From positions 32,001 through 96,000 of IMG/VR virus record IMGVR_UViG_3300031992_000012: a stretch of 64,000 nt of DNA; one strand, 5' to 3'. The position numbers and the translations under genes were made by a program. Source of the stretch: a virus. Its lineage: Duplodnaviria > Caudoviricetes. The notes under the pieces were generated by a model. The model ran no database searches and was not told where the DNA came from. It saw only the letters and a list, made by a program, of their open reading frames with translations. Positions 27,081 to 37,017 of this stretch are shown one piece after another (the first letter of the stretch is position 1; the number at the start of each line of letters is the position of its first letter).

Positions 27081-27500
27081 ATGAAGGAAATTTTCGAGAT
27101 AGAGGAAATCCCTGTCGAGGACGAACAGGACGTGACCTATATGGAGGAGATATGCAGGCAGCCGGGAGACTGGCATAGCGGGTTTGTCAGAAGTGTGTAC
27201 ACGCACACGTTTGACAACTTCGACAGCCTTGAATTGACCCCTCCCCTGAGGATAGCGAGCGTCGAAGGCGTATCCGCTTTCCTCGCGGAGGGGTTCCCAG
27301 GACCGAGGTACGACCTTTACTACCTGCTTGACAGAATCCGCCGTGGCTACCGCTACTTCATAGCGTACTCGCGTTCAATGCCTTATGACAGGTATATCGC
27401 AGTTCCATGGAAAGGCGTGCACCCCTTCAACGTGTACAACTTCGTCCGTATTTACCTTGAAACAAAAGCAGACACGGCCGGCGAGAGCCATCCGTGCTAG
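27081..27500 (+). CDS. Hypothetical protein, tandem family A
   Basis: LTPPLRIASVE; LYYLLDRIRRG. Confidence 0.7.
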   Translation: MKEIFEIEEIPVEDEQDVTYMEEICRQPGDWHSGFVRSVYTHTFDNFDSLELTPPLRIASVEGVSAFLAEGFPGPRYDLYYLLDRIRRGYRYFIAYSRSMPYDRYIAVPWKGVHPFNVYNFVRIYLETKADTAGESHPC

Positions 27501-27522
27501 GAACATTGGAGGGCAATCCAAA

Positions 27523-27969
27523 TTGGAAAGAACATGGACATTCAGGTCTCCCGATCCGGGTAGCACCATTGCCCGAATCAACGAGAAAGTAGACTTCATC
27601 TCAGGACTGGGCGACGACCTGAACGAGAAGCTGGCGCAGGACGTCAACAACCACCAGATATTCAGTGGAGGGAGTGAGAAGGGCCCCAGAAGGTTCGTCT
27701 CCGTCTATACGCGGTCTCTCGAAAGGATGATCGCCCATATAATGACGTACCCTTCATGCCCCGACAAGCATCATACTATTCTGTGGATTCTCCGCAGGGT
27801 AAGGGACATAGTCGAGGCCAGAAAGTGCGACGGGTTAATCTACGAGCTTGAGCCGGAGAAAAACGGACGGCAGATTCCTGTCATATGGGGTTTCTCTCCC
27901 TCGTCCGACATTGCGGACGCGTTTTCACGCTCCATTGAACGTGTGACCGGAACACGGGGAGGATCGTGA
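27523..27969 (+). CDS. Hypothetical protein, probably family A
   Basis: TTG start after GGAGG; ILWILRRVRD. Confidence 0.6.
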   Translation: MERTWTFRSPDPGSTIARINEKVDFISGLGDDLNEKLAQDVNNHQIFSGGSEKGPRRFVSVYTRSLERMIAHIMTYPSCPDKHHTILWILRRVRDIVEARKCDGLIYELEPEKNGRQIPVIWGFSPSSDIADAFSRSIERVTGTRGGS

Positions 27970-28373
27970 TGAGCAATCCGCCTCCCTTAAGAAACATGCG
28001 ACAACTCGAGCTGGAGGAGGAGATGCACCGGCTGGTGCGTGCCCTTCCAAAGCGGGTTGTCAAACGCGCGATATTCGACATTCTTGGAGTTGCCGCCTTC
28101 GGGGGTTCCATCAACAATTGCCGGATACTTGATATGACCAGGAGGGAAGACGCCGTGTGGCTGATACACAAGTTCAGCGGCATGAGCAGGGCGAACAGGA
28201 GATGGAGCATACAGATGCTTCTGTACACGATGCGAAAGGGCGTGTGGCTGTTCCTCACCCAGGGGCTCGGAGGCCAGGAGCATATCTACCACGGACAGGC
28301 TACAATGGACAGCAAGACGCTAAGGTCGTTTTGCTCGCTTCTAAGACAGAAACTTAAAGAACAGGAGGCATAA
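27966..28373 (+). CDS. Hypothetical protein, probably family A
   Basis: IQMLLYTMRKG. Confidence 0.65.
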   Translation: MMSNPPPLRNMRQLELEEEMHRLVRALPKRVVKRAIFDILGVAAFGGSINNCRILDMTRREDAVWLIHKFSGMSRANRRWSIQMLLYTMRKGVWLFLTQGLGGQEHIYHGQATMDSKTLRSFCSLLRQKLKEQEA

Positions 28374-29474
28374 ATGAGCGAAAGAAAACTATGCTACAAA
28401 GTCTTGATTGACGAAATAACCCCGATTCCCGAATCGGACAACCTTGAGCTGGCGCGAATAACCGGCTGGCGATGCGTTGTGCAGAAGGGAGAGTTCAAGG
28501 TCGGCGACACTGCCTTGTACTTTGAAATCGACAGCGCGCTTAACCCGCACGACGACCGGTTCGCCTTCCTGAAGGAGCGTTGCTACAAGAAGTTCCTGGA
28601 CGCCTCGAAGAACCTGTTCGACGAGTGCATCCGCATACGTACCATCAAGCTGCGCGGCCAGTTGTCGCAAGGCCTGCTGATTCCGGTCAAGGACTTCTGC
28701 GAAGTGCGCAACAAGAAAATCGGCGAAAGCTGCGCCGACGTCCTCTGCGTCCGCCACTACGACGAAGTGGCGGAACGCGCCGTCCGCGAGACAACGCCGT
28801 TCATCGCCCCCAACCAGAAGGGACTGTTCCCTGCCTGGGCGGGTCCGAAGACTGACGAAGAGCGTGTGCAGAACCTTACGGACCAGGACCTTGACGAACA
28901 CTGGGACGACGAGCTGGAAGTCACGGAGAAGATTGACGGCACCTCGATGACCGTCGCCTACTCCGCCGTCAACCGCCCCGACGACCCGGTTGCCGTCTGC
29001 AGCCGCAACTTCGAGCTGAAGGACATGCCGAGCGCCTACTGGGACATGGTGCATGAGCTGAACCTCGACGTCAAGTTGAAGGAGTGGTGCGAGACGCACG
29101 GAACCGAAATAACAATACAGGGCGAGCTCAACGGCCAGGGCATCCAGAACAACCGCGATTGCAAGCCGGGGCGCAGCTTCGACGTGTTCCGTATCTGGAA
29201 CATCACGGAGGGCCGCTGGATTCCGCCGAGCGAACGCTACGTAATTGTGAAGGAACTCGGTCTGAACCACGTCCCGGTTCTCGAGACACGCCGTATCAGC
29301 AGCTTCGACGACGGCTCGCGCGACTTCGTGAAGGTCCGCGACGCCATCCTGTCGTACGCCGAAGGCAAGACCGCCAACGGGAACGAGCGGGAAGGCATCG
29401 TGTTAAAGGAGCTGAACGGCAACGGCTTCAGCTTCAAGGCCGTGTCCAACGCGTATCTGCTTAAACTGAAATGA
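28374..29474 (+). CDS. RNA ligase (DRB0094/Rnl2-like family)
   Basis: N-terminal OB module PIPESDNLE...WRCVVQKGEF...YFEIDS, KLRGQLSQGL; motif I EKIDGTSMT, QGEL, EREGIV, FKAVSNAYL. Confidence 0.93.
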   Translation: MSERKLCYKVLIDEITPIPESDNLELARITGWRCVVQKGEFKVGDTALYFEIDSALNPHDDRFAFLKERCYKKFLDASKNLFDECIRIRTIKLRGQLSQGLLIPVKDFCEVRNKKIGESCADVLCVRHYDEVAERAVRETTPFIAPNQKGLFPAWAGPKTDEERVQNLTDQDLDEHWDDELEVTEKIDGTSMTVAYSAVNRPDDPVAVCSRNFELKDMPSAYWDMVHELNLDVKLKEWCETHGTEITIQGELNGQGIQNNRDCKPGRSFDVFRIWNITEGRWIPPSERYVIVKELGLNHVPVLETRRISSFDDGSRDFVKVRDAILSYAEGKTANGNEREGIVLKELNGNGFSFKAVSNAYLLKLK

Positions 29475-30226
29475 AAGACGAACCCGGATGCGCGTTCCTG
29501 CTGGTACCCGCGTTTCTGCTGTACATAACCATCGTCTGCGTCGGCAGCTCGAACCCTGTGCTTGACGCTGTGTTCGTGTCGTGCGTTGTGACGATGTTTG
29601 TAAACGCGGTCCGGGTTCTCATGACAGACAGCGAGGATGGCAGAATGACCGAAAGGGAAGCTGCAAGAACCTATGTCGCCGCCCCGGCGGAGACTGCGGA
29701 GGAGCCGGCGGAGACAGCCGAGAACGCATCGGAAACCGTGACATCGACCTCGGGCGCCACGCCCGACCACATGGTGTTCACGGCCGGCCCCGACGAGAGG
29801 ATGCTCGAGGAGAACGCCATAAAGGAGAGGCTCAAGACGATGTCCCCCGAGGACACCGCCGAGCTGATCCGCGACGTCATTTGGGGGTTTGCCGAGAGGA
29901 TGCCAAATACCGTCGGCAGCGGTGACGACATACAGGTGCTGTTCGTTCGCGGGCAGCCTGTGGACAAGTCGGTTTTGACCGACGGCCGGATGACTCATGA
30001 TGATCTGGTAGACGTAGTCAAAGCTGTGCGCGATCCAGCCTGCGTGTGCGTCGTAAGAAGCGACCACTTCACATTCTCCGTGGACGATGACCTGACTTCC
30101 TCCGGATGGCAGGACGTGGTCATAGAATGGCTGTCCGGCGCGTACCGCGATCACCAGAAGAAAATAGCCCTTCTGAAAAAACTCGGATTGATAGTTCCAA
30201 GCTGGATTTCACATGGAGACGAATAA
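29471..30226 (+). CDS. Hypothetical membrane-anchored protein
   Basis: Two N-terminal TM segments. Confidence 0.7.
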   Translation: MKDEPGCAFLLVPAFLLYITIVCVGSSNPVLDAVFVSCVVTMFVNAVRVLMTDSEDGRMTEREAARTYVAAPAETAEEPAETAENASETVTSTSGATPDHMVFTAGPDERMLEENAIKERLKTMSPEDTAELIRDVIWGFAERMPNTVGSGDDIQVLFVRGQPVDKSVLTDGRMTHDDLVDVVKAVRDPACVCVVRSDHFTFSVDDDLTSSGWQDVVIEWLSGAYRDHQKKIALLKKLGLIVPSWISHGDE

Positions 30227-30878
30227 CAGGATAAAGACGACGACGGCCTTGTTGCTGTTCGTACTTCAGATTTTTGTCGGATGGTATCTTGTGTATTCGG
30301 TCGGCTTCGGGATTCCCGGTCGAATCTACACCGGAGTCGTGATGACTGGCATGTCCCTGCAGTTTTTACTGTTAATCGCACCTGGGGCGAACCTGGTGTC
30401 GGCGGTGAAGAGCTACTGGAAGGTGCCTGAATGTAAAAGGCATGGATGGGCGCCCGATGAAGTAATCATCTACGTCTACAACACGAAGCTGCCTTTAAAC
30501 CTGGACATAAAGAGCCGGTACAGTACCATCGTCCCGTTGTACGCGCTGACGGACAAGCTCATAAAGCAGACCGACAAAATTGAGCTCAGGCTTCTAATCC
30601 ATGCCTGCAGGCATGGGGAGGGTCTTGGCCTGCTTGTCGGACACGGCATGAAGCCAGTCGCTTGCGTGCCCAACTGTGGGTTCGAGTACATAGGATGGTA
30701 TCGGGACATGGAACTGAACCCGAGTTTTGAACCCGTATTGGCGGGCGTAAGAACATGGTTGTACCGTGAGAAGCCGGATCTTGTGCCATGGCCCGTGTTC
30801 AGAAGGCAGCTCGAAAGTGAAGCCAGGGAGTACCTGAAATACTATGACAAGCACCATTGGACGAAATGTTCTACGTAA
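30213..30878 (+). CDS. Hypothetical membrane-anchored protein
   Basis: Two N-terminal TM segments. Confidence 0.7.
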   Translation: METNNRIKTTTALLLFVLQIFVGWYLVYSVGFGIPGRIYTGVVMTGMSLQFLLLIAPGANLVSAVKSYWKVPECKRHGWAPDEVIIYVYNTKLPLNLDIKSRYSTIVPLYALTDKLIKQTDKIELRLLIHACRHGEGLGLLVGHGMKPVACVPNCGFEYIGWYRDMELNPSFEPVLAGVRTWLYREKPDLVPWPVFRRQLESEAREYLKYYDKHHWTKCST

Positions 30879-31101
30879 GGTCGTAAGGCCTATACTTGTT
30901 CGTCTGCTGGAGAGGATAGACCGGGACGCGCCCGCAAAGAAACGGACGTGCACCGAGCATGTCGATCCCCTTCCTGTGGACACCGAAAGCCTCGAGCCGA
31001 TTGCACGCGCTTCCGAATGGAGGCCCGGCGTGCCCGAGAAGCTAAGCCACGCCTGGATGGTCCAGACTGAACAGGCAAAACGCAAATGACTTCGATTAGT
31101 T

Positions 31102-31131
31102 GTTAAAAAGAACATCCCCGCGCGTAATAAT
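31102..31131 (+). promoter_or_regulatory. Repeated phage promoter copy 4
   Basis: GTTAAAA-N14-CGTAATAAT; flanked by inverted repeat AACATCCCCG/CGGGGATGTT. Confidence 0.75.
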
Positions 31132-31188
31132 ATTGTAACGGGGATGTTCCCCATGAAATTTTCAACTCAATGTAGGAGAAAAAAGAAA

Positions 31189-31632
31189 ATGAAAATTGAA
31201 GTCAAAAAACACGATTACATGTACCTCTACAATGACGGCGCCCAGACTGTGGCCGGCATGAACATGCACGGTGAGAGTATCCAGGAGCTTGAAGACAAAC
31301 TTCATGCAGATTGGAAAAAGAAAGCCTCAGACTTGGAGGCCAACCAAAACTTCATTGCCGGCCTTCCCGACATCTCCTTGATGTCCGTATTTGAGTTTCG
31401 GGACGGAGCGGTTTCCCTTGTAGTCAAGGACGGTAAGTGGACAAGCTGCGGACGCAGTTTCGACACGCGTGAAGAACTTCTTAACTATATAGCCGAGGCG
31501 ATGGGTGAAACGGAACATGCAATCTCGATAGCCGAGGCTAATTGGAAAGATTTTAAAGAAACAGTTGATAAAGCCATCGCGCCGTTCCGCGAGGCAATAG
31601 ACAAAGGGGTAGCCAACCACATTGATTGGTAA
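31189..31632 (+). CDS. Hypothetical protein
   Basis: TAGGAG SD; first gene after the promoter. Confidence 0.75.
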   Translation: MKIEVKKHDYMYLYNDGAQTVAGMNMHGESIQELEDKLHADWKKKASDLEANQNFIAGLPDISLMSVFEFRDGAVSLVVKDGKWTSCGRSFDTREELLNYIAEAMGETEHAISIAEANWKDFKETVDKAIAPFREAIDKGVANHIDW

Positions 31633-31636
31633 TCTT

Positions 31637-31680
31637 AAAAGGCCACGGGCCCGGCGCGAAAGCGTCCGGGCCTTTTTCTT
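31637..31680 (+). terminator. Rho-independent terminator
   Basis: AAAAGGCC...GGCCTTTT stem with T-run. Confidence 0.6.
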
Positions 31681-31767
31681 ATTTGTTAGCATGTGGAGGG
31701 TTGGCAGGCCCCTCCGCGAAAATCTTCAACGGCCCTCCTGCGGGCTTAAGCAAAAGGAGCTTAAAGA

Positions 31768-32406
31768 ATGAACATCACGCAACGCAACTACCTCAAGCAG
31801 AAGGTCGATGCAATCATGGGACGGTTGAACTCCGACGTGCAGATCGCACGCTCGAAGGCAATCTCCGAAATCCTGGCTTCCACCTTTGAGGAAAACCTTC
31901 GCACCAATATCGTCGAGATGACCCACGCCCTCGACGCCATGTCGGCCGACCCCAAGGGGTTCGTCGACGAAGCCATGCGCACGTGGAGCGAGCAGAACCA
32001 CCAGTTCTACACGAACTATCCGCGCAATGACGCCCGTGACGCCTCCAACTACTTCAAGAGCATGCTGAACCATCTCGGCAGCACCGTCATCACCTCGCTT
32101 GTCAGGAGTGAAGGCCTTCTCCCGGACTCCGAGACCGCCGGCGCCACCATCGCCAAGGTTTTCGATGAATTCGAGAACATCTACAAGGTAATCTCACAGG
32201 AAGGCAACAAGCTAAAGGACCGCATCATGCTGGACAAGGACGCCGACGCGCTGGTCAAGGCGCTTGCGGATTTCGAGACCATGCTCACCGTCCGCACGAA
32301 CACTCTGCTGGCGGAGTACAAGGATAAAAAGGAAGCCCCCGCCGACATCCCTGCGCCGGTCAAGCCGAAGGTTCGCCGCTGCCGCCGTGAAGTCCGCAAG
32401 AAATAA
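31768..32406 (+). CDS. Hypothetical helical protein
   Basis: AAGGAG SD, 212 aa. Confidence 0.8.
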   Translation: MNITQRNYLKQKVDAIMGRLNSDVQIARSKAISEILASTFEENLRTNIVEMTHALDAMSADPKGFVDEAMRTWSEQNHQFYTNYPRNDARDASNYFKSMLNHLGSTVITSLVRSEGLLPDSETAGATIAKVFDEFENIYKVISQEGNKLKDRIMLDKDADALVKALADFETMLTVRTNTLLAEYKDKKEAPADIPAPVKPKVRRCRREVRKK

Positions 32407-32441
32407 TCATCGCATTTGTTTGTTCAAAAAGGAGGCTTGCA

Positions 32442-32732
32442 ATGAAAAGAATATCACTATTTTTGAGCAAGACCGGACAGGTCCGCTGCTCCCAGGAGGA
32501 GGCGAGGCATCCCGACGAAGTGGTCGAAGGGCTGGCCGCGCGCTCCGGCGCGTCCTCCTGGGAAATCTATGTGAAGGACGATATGGGCGAACGTGGTCTT
32601 CTTTCAGCCAACGCCAAACTGGCCGACAAGGCGGTGAGAGACCTCAAGACGTCTTTGGGTGGCGTGGAGGCGTTCGCCTCCTCGCTTCGTTCGAGAATGG
32701 CGGAGGCGCCGGATGCTGCGGAAGAACCCTGA
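32442..32732 (+). CDS. Hypothetical protein
   Basis: AAGGAGG SD. Confidence 0.7.
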   Translation: MKRISLFLSKTGQVRCSQEEARHPDEVVEGLAARSGASSWEIYVKDDMGERGLLSANAKLADKAVRDLKTSLGGVEAFASSLRSRMAEAPDAAEEP

Positions 32733-33282
32733 CAAGGAAACGCTTGCGAGAATCGTAAGCCTTCTGGGCCAGTACTCGACCAACTGGGGGGATGTCGCCA
32801 AGCGGCGCCCCCCGGGCACCAAGGCCTTCTTCGACTACCTGTTCGGCGACGTGGGCAGGATACAGGACCTTCTGCGCTCCATGACCGCCGAGCAGCATGT
32901 CGAGATATCCAACCTAATAATTCGCTACGAGGGCGTTACATCAACGCCGTCTCGGGACAGGCGCCTGGTGCTCGAAGGCCACAACACAAACATGTACTCC
33001 CCCCTCATCTCTTTCGAGGACAAGCATTACATGAGCGCCATGATGGGCAACGAGGCGTACTGGAGATGGCTACGGGGCACCGTACCGCAATTTCGTGAAG
33101 GCGGTCCCAAAGCCGCCTATTTCGTGTGCGGGCTATGCTTCGGATCGAACAGACCTGGCACATGGTACTGGATTGACGCATCCCCTGACAGCGAGGAGAC
33201 AGTGACTTGCGACTACTACAAGACCATGTCCTCCTGGCTTGCGAGAAACTCCACCGCGCTTATGGAGGCAAGACGGACATGA
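32713..33282 (+). CDS. Hypothetical protein, distant family B
   Basis: GGAGG SD; NMYSPLISFED...WYWID...ETVTCD resembles the three following genes. Confidence 0.65.
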   Translation: MLRKNPDKETLARIVSLLGQYSTNWGDVAKRRPPGTKAFFDYLFGDVGRIQDLLRSMTAEQHVEISNLIIRYEGVTSTPSRDRRLVLEGHNTNMYSPLISFEDKHYMSAMMGNEAYWRWLRGTVPQFREGGPKAAYFVCGLCFGSNRPGTWYWIDASPDSEETVTCDYYKTMSSWLARNSTALMEARRT

Positions 33283-33746
33283 CTTACAACGAAGCTTGCA
33301 AGAAACTGTATCCTAATGCCTGCGCAATCCTCTTGAAGCTCGGAATACAGTGGGGGCTGGACGACTCGGCCGCAAAGCTCCGTGCCGGGCTGATGGAGGA
33401 CGACGGCGCCTTCCTGGACGCCGTGGAGTTGTTTATCAAGTTCAAACGCATGGTGGACGGATTCGTGCGGATACACGGCAGGAACATATACGGGAATCTG
33501 ATTCGGTTCGACGACGTCCAGTCGTTAAGGGCCGGGATGGACCTGTTTCGCTTGAGAATAGAAAGAAGGGGGCGTTCCTTTGTCTTCCGTAACATACGGG
33601 AGGGAAACCAGATCGCTTTCTTGCGAACGGCAGAGGATTCCTGTTCGTACTGGATTGTGTTCAGCAAACGCGACGAGCTGGTAACGAGCGAGATTTTTGC
33701 CAGCGCCTACTGCACCGTTGTCAACGTAAGGGAAGGAGGCGTATGA
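33279..33746 (+). CDS. Hypothetical protein, tandem family B
   Basis: EDDGAFLDAVEL...GNLIRFDD. Confidence 0.75.
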   Translation: MTYNEACKKLYPNACAILLKLGIQWGLDDSAAKLRAGLMEDDGAFLDAVELFIKFKRMVDGFVRIHGRNIYGNLIRFDDVQSLRAGMDLFRLRIERRGRSFVFRNIREGNQIAFLRTAEDSCSYWIVFSKRDELVTSEIFASAYCTVVNVREGGV

Positions 33747-34222
33747 TGTTCCGCGAATATCCAAAGAAAGTGCTGCAGAAGTATCATGGCATGGCCGTGG
33801 GCATACTTGAAAGGGCGGATATGAAACGATATCCTCCAAACGACCCGCAGCTCTACCATGCGATTTTTGAGCTTCTCTACGAAAACGACACGGCGTTCAT
33901 GGACGCCCTGGAGCTGTACCTGAACGCCAAGCTCGAACAGGAAGGGAAGATGGAGATTCACGATTCCATCATCCAGCAGATGATACGTCTGGACGACCCC
34001 GATTCCATAAAGAGGGCCGCCGGATGGCTTCGCGAATGCGCGATAAGGAGCAGGAACACGTGGGAGGCGTTCACAGGGGCGAGGGTCCTGGCCTTTCTGA
34101 GGGCAGATAATACTGCCTGCGGCCAGTGGTTCGTCTATCCTGAACGCGAAGAGTTCTTCACCAACGAGTGCATGAAGGATTCCGCCAAGTTCATGTCGCA
34201 GGTATTGAGGTCTTGCTCATGA
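33743..34222 (+). CDS. Hypothetical protein, tandem family B
   Basis: ENDTAFMDALEL...QMIRLDD. Confidence 0.75.
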   Translation: MMFREYPKKVLQKYHGMAVGILERADMKRYPPNDPQLYHAIFELLYENDTAFMDALELYLNAKLEQEGKMEIHDSIIQQMIRLDDPDSIKRAAGWLRECAIRSRNTWEAFTGARVLAFLRADNTACGQWFVYPEREEFFTNECMKDSAKFMSQVLRSCS

Positions 34223-34704
34223 TTACGTCATTGACTGCTGTATACCGCGCGGAGGCCCTCAGGCTACTGCAGCGGATGTCCCTGTCGGCCACACAACCTG
34301 ACCGGGACAAGCTCGTGGCGGACATCAAGGACCGTATGGAGACGGACGACAAACTCTTCCTCGACGGTCTCGACCTTCATATCCGATGGCATCACGAAGT
34401 CGAGAACCGGGTGGTGAACATATACGGCAGGACGGTGTTCGGAAACCTGGTGCGGTTCGACAACCGGGAGTCCATCAGGGCGAGCGCCGACATGGTCAGG
34501 TACGTAATCTATGGCACAGGCCGCAGGTTCCGCTTCATGCCTCGCGGCATCGAGACCGGCGAATTCATCGGTCTTCTCAAGACGTCCATGAACGACCCTG
34601 ACTCATTCTGGGTGATACACGATGACAAGAGCGAGAGCGTCACGCGTGAGTGCCTAGAGTGCGCCGCCCTGATAGTCCCGGAAATAATGGAGGACACCAG
34701 ATGA
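34219..34704 (+). CDS. Hypothetical protein, tandem family B
   Basis: ETDDKLFLDGLDL...GNLVRFDN. Confidence 0.75.
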   Translation: MITSLTAVYRAEALRLLQRMSLSATQPDRDKLVADIKDRMETDDKLFLDGLDLHIRWHHEVENRVVNIYGRTVFGNLVRFDNRESIRASADMVRYVIYGTGRRFRFMPRGIETGEFIGLLKTSMNDPDSFWVIHDDKSESVTRECLECAALIVPEIMEDTR

Positions 34705-35120
34705 GCAGGACCTGGCCTGAGCCGTGGAGGGACGATTCCGCCCATATGGAGACCGACCTGCTTGTCCAGAGGGTGAACCTTCTCATCGACAACAACGTCG
34801 ATATACACTTCACCATAAACATGGTTTCCTTCGAGGTAATCGGCCACGTGCACAACATGGACGACGAGGAGGTGCGCGACGTCCTCTGCAAGTACGAGAA
34901 GACAAGCCTGCTGGAGCGTCCGACCAAACCAGAGCTCCGTGACAGGGCATGGAGAAGGGGGATGATGGTGAGGCTTCACTACCAGACCCCTCCTGCCCGC
35001 AACGGAGGCGTAGTCCAGTGGGCGTTCATAGAAAGGGGCTCCAACTTCTTCAACGAGCTGGAGAGATTCGTCAGAGCTAACATGCCCGAAGCATATGGAG
35101 GAATGGTGCCTGATGGATAG
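34701..35120 (+). CDS. Hypothetical protein
   Basis: Coupled ORF, GGAGG SD. Confidence 0.65.
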   Translation: MSRTWPEPWRDDSAHMETDLLVQRVNLLIDNNVDIHFTINMVSFEVIGHVHNMDDEEVRDVLCKYEKTSLLERPTKPELRDRAWRRGMMVRLHYQTPPARNGGVVQWAFIERGSNFFNELERFVRANMPEAYGGMVPDG

Positions 35121-35589
35121 GACCTACAGGGAGGCTGTCGACGCTGTCACTTTGCTCAACGACGAGCTTGCGATGACCGGCACACGGGTGGGGCCAGTCC
35201 TCCTGTGCTGGCGTCGCGGCAGTCGCTACATAACCTATGTTCAGAGGGGACAGGCGTCCCTGATCGATTCAGAAGAGGGATTCGGCCTTCTCCAAGACAA
35301 GATAAGGCTGGACCCTTATTTCGCAAAAGGGCGGGACGATCGTGTGACAAGGCTGCTCAAACCTATCAGGGACGGGTTCGAGATAATACTCGTGCCCGTA
35401 AAGGCCGTCTATGGAAACCACGGCTACACCGCCACGACAATGGAACGCTCCGTCTTCGGGTACACCGGGGTCCTGCTCCTGTATGTGCCCGGGGAGTGGT
35501 GCAGGCATGCCCTGAATATGGCCAGAAGGCGGATTCAGGAAAGACAACGGGAAACAATGAGGCCGTTATGGATGTCAAGGATTTTATGA
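35113..35589 (+). CDS. Hypothetical protein
   Basis: Coupled ORF. Confidence 0.65.
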   Translation: MDRTYREAVDAVTLLNDELAMTGTRVGPVLLCWRRGSRYITYVQRGQASLIDSEEGFGLLQDKIRLDPYFAKGRDDRVTRLLKPIRDGFEIILVPVKAVYGNHGYTATTMERSVFGYTGVLLLYVPGEWCRHALNMARRRIQERQRETMRPLWMSRIL

Positions 35590-36026
35590 AACTTCCGGAG
35601 ATTGAGCGCATAGACATGGTGAACTCCTGGTTCAGGAGGGCTACGAGCAACAGGGCCGGGATGTTCCCTATAATAGCAAGACTCACGGAAACACGCGAAG
35701 GCACCCGGTTCGTAATGTGTCTGACAGGAACTGTAATGCCTGTTAACTACAACTCCGTTCTCAGGTTCATAAGGCAGTCCAGGCAGGACAGAATCGGCAA
35801 GATGGACTTGCGGGACTTGATAAAAGACCTGGAGTTCGGGATCGCGGAGCCGGACATTCTTTTTGCGCCTACCGCCATAGGCTTTTTCGATGAAGGGTAT
35901 ACGGGCTTTCCCTGGCTTCGCCCCGGAACGGGCTGTCTGAAGGCCTGTAATTGGAAGTCTTCCATAATCGGGTGCATCGTGGAGGCCGTTTTAGGAAAGG
36001 GCACATTCGAAGGAGTCGAACTATGA
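35568..36026 (+). CDS. Hypothetical protein, tandem family C
   Basis: MDVKDFMKLPEIERIDMVNSWF. Confidence 0.7.
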   Translation: MDVKDFMKLPEIERIDMVNSWFRRATSNRAGMFPIIARLTETREGTRFVMCLTGTVMPVNYNSVLRFIRQSRQDRIGKMDLRDLIKDLEFGIAEPDILFAPTAIGFFDEGYTGFPWLRPGTGCLKACNWKSSIIGCIVEAVLGKGTFEGVEL

Positions 36027-36499
36027 ACAGAAAACAATTCTCGCAGCTTCCTACTGAAAGGATAACGGAAATGGTGAACCAGTGGTTCGACGAATTCCCA
36101 AAGTGCAGGCCATTGCTGGTCGTGCCTAGGAACCCGCGCCACTCGGACTGCTTCTGCATGACCCGGCGCATGATATGCGAGTCCGACGAGGAGGGGATTG
36201 GCAGCACAATCCTCTGGCTCAAGAAGAACAATCGTTCCTCGTCCTCCATTCTGGGCGAAATGAGGAAGGAGATAGAGCGGCAGGACTTCGTCGGCTTTAT
36301 TTTCTATACCACAATCGTCGCGTTCCAGGTGAACTTGACGACGCTGCCCAGCAAGGCGCTGTCCTACTCGCCTTCCGATGGGTTGATATTCGTCACGCGC
36401 GAAAATCTGCTCCATGGCTGCAACGGAATGCTGGTGGATGTCGTGAACGACATAACAGGGGCGCAAAGGAGGTTCCAGGAATGGAGAAACGTAAAATAA
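36023..36499 (+). CDS. Hypothetical protein, tandem family C
   Basis: MNRKQFSQLPTERITEMVNQWF. Confidence 0.7.
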   Translation: MNRKQFSQLPTERITEMVNQWFDEFPKCRPLLVVPRNPRHSDCFCMTRRMICESDEEGIGSTILWLKKNNRSSSSILGEMRKEIERQDFVGFIFYTTIVAFQVNLTTLPSKALSYSPSDGLIFVTRENLLHGCNGMLVDVVNDITGAQRRFQEWRNVK

Positions 36500-36909
36500 G
36501 GGAACTGTCCCCCATGGACTTCATTGCGCTCTGCAACGAGTTCTACTACAAGTACAGGGATGTCGACAAAGGTCTGTGCCCGGTAATCGACGTGACCTCG
36601 ACACCGATGTTCTGGTATGTGTTCGAGCCTTTCTGTCCGGCGACGGACGAGGGGTTATACATGTTCCTCCGCAAAGCCACGGTTAACCATGTCTTGTCCG
36701 GACGTTATCACACCATGGCGATACGACACGCCGACAAGCTTGAGGACCCCAACCTTCTAGGATTCTCCCCGGCTGTAGGCCACAACGGAGGAATGCTCAT
36801 AAACGACTATTCCTTCGAGGCGAAGACAGGGCCGTCCTACTACTGGACGATAGAGCGATCAGGGCCTTCATATGAAGCGTTTATCTCGATATTGTCCAGA
36901 GCCATGTGA
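36481..36909 (+). CDS. Hypothetical protein, tandem family C
   Basis: MEKRKIRELSPMDFIALCNEFY. Confidence 0.7.
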   Translation: MEKRKIRELSPMDFIALCNEFYYKYRDVDKGLCPVIDVTSTPMFWYVFEPFCPATDEGLYMFLRKATVNHVLSGRYHTMAIRHADKLEDPNLLGFSPAVGHNGGMLINDYSFEAKTGPSYYWTIERSGPSYEAFISILSRAM

Positions 36910-36914
36910 ACAAC

Positions 36915-36947
36915 GCCGCCGGGCGTCAAACCCCGGCGGTCTTTTTT
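36915..36947 (+). terminator. Rho-independent terminator
   Basis: GCCGCCGGG/CCCGGCGGT plus T6. Confidence 0.75.
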
Positions 36948-37017
36948 AGCTTGTAGAACCCGTTGTAAATTAAAACTGTTGCACTCATATACTCTTAATA
37001 ATAAAGCAGGCCTTGAG

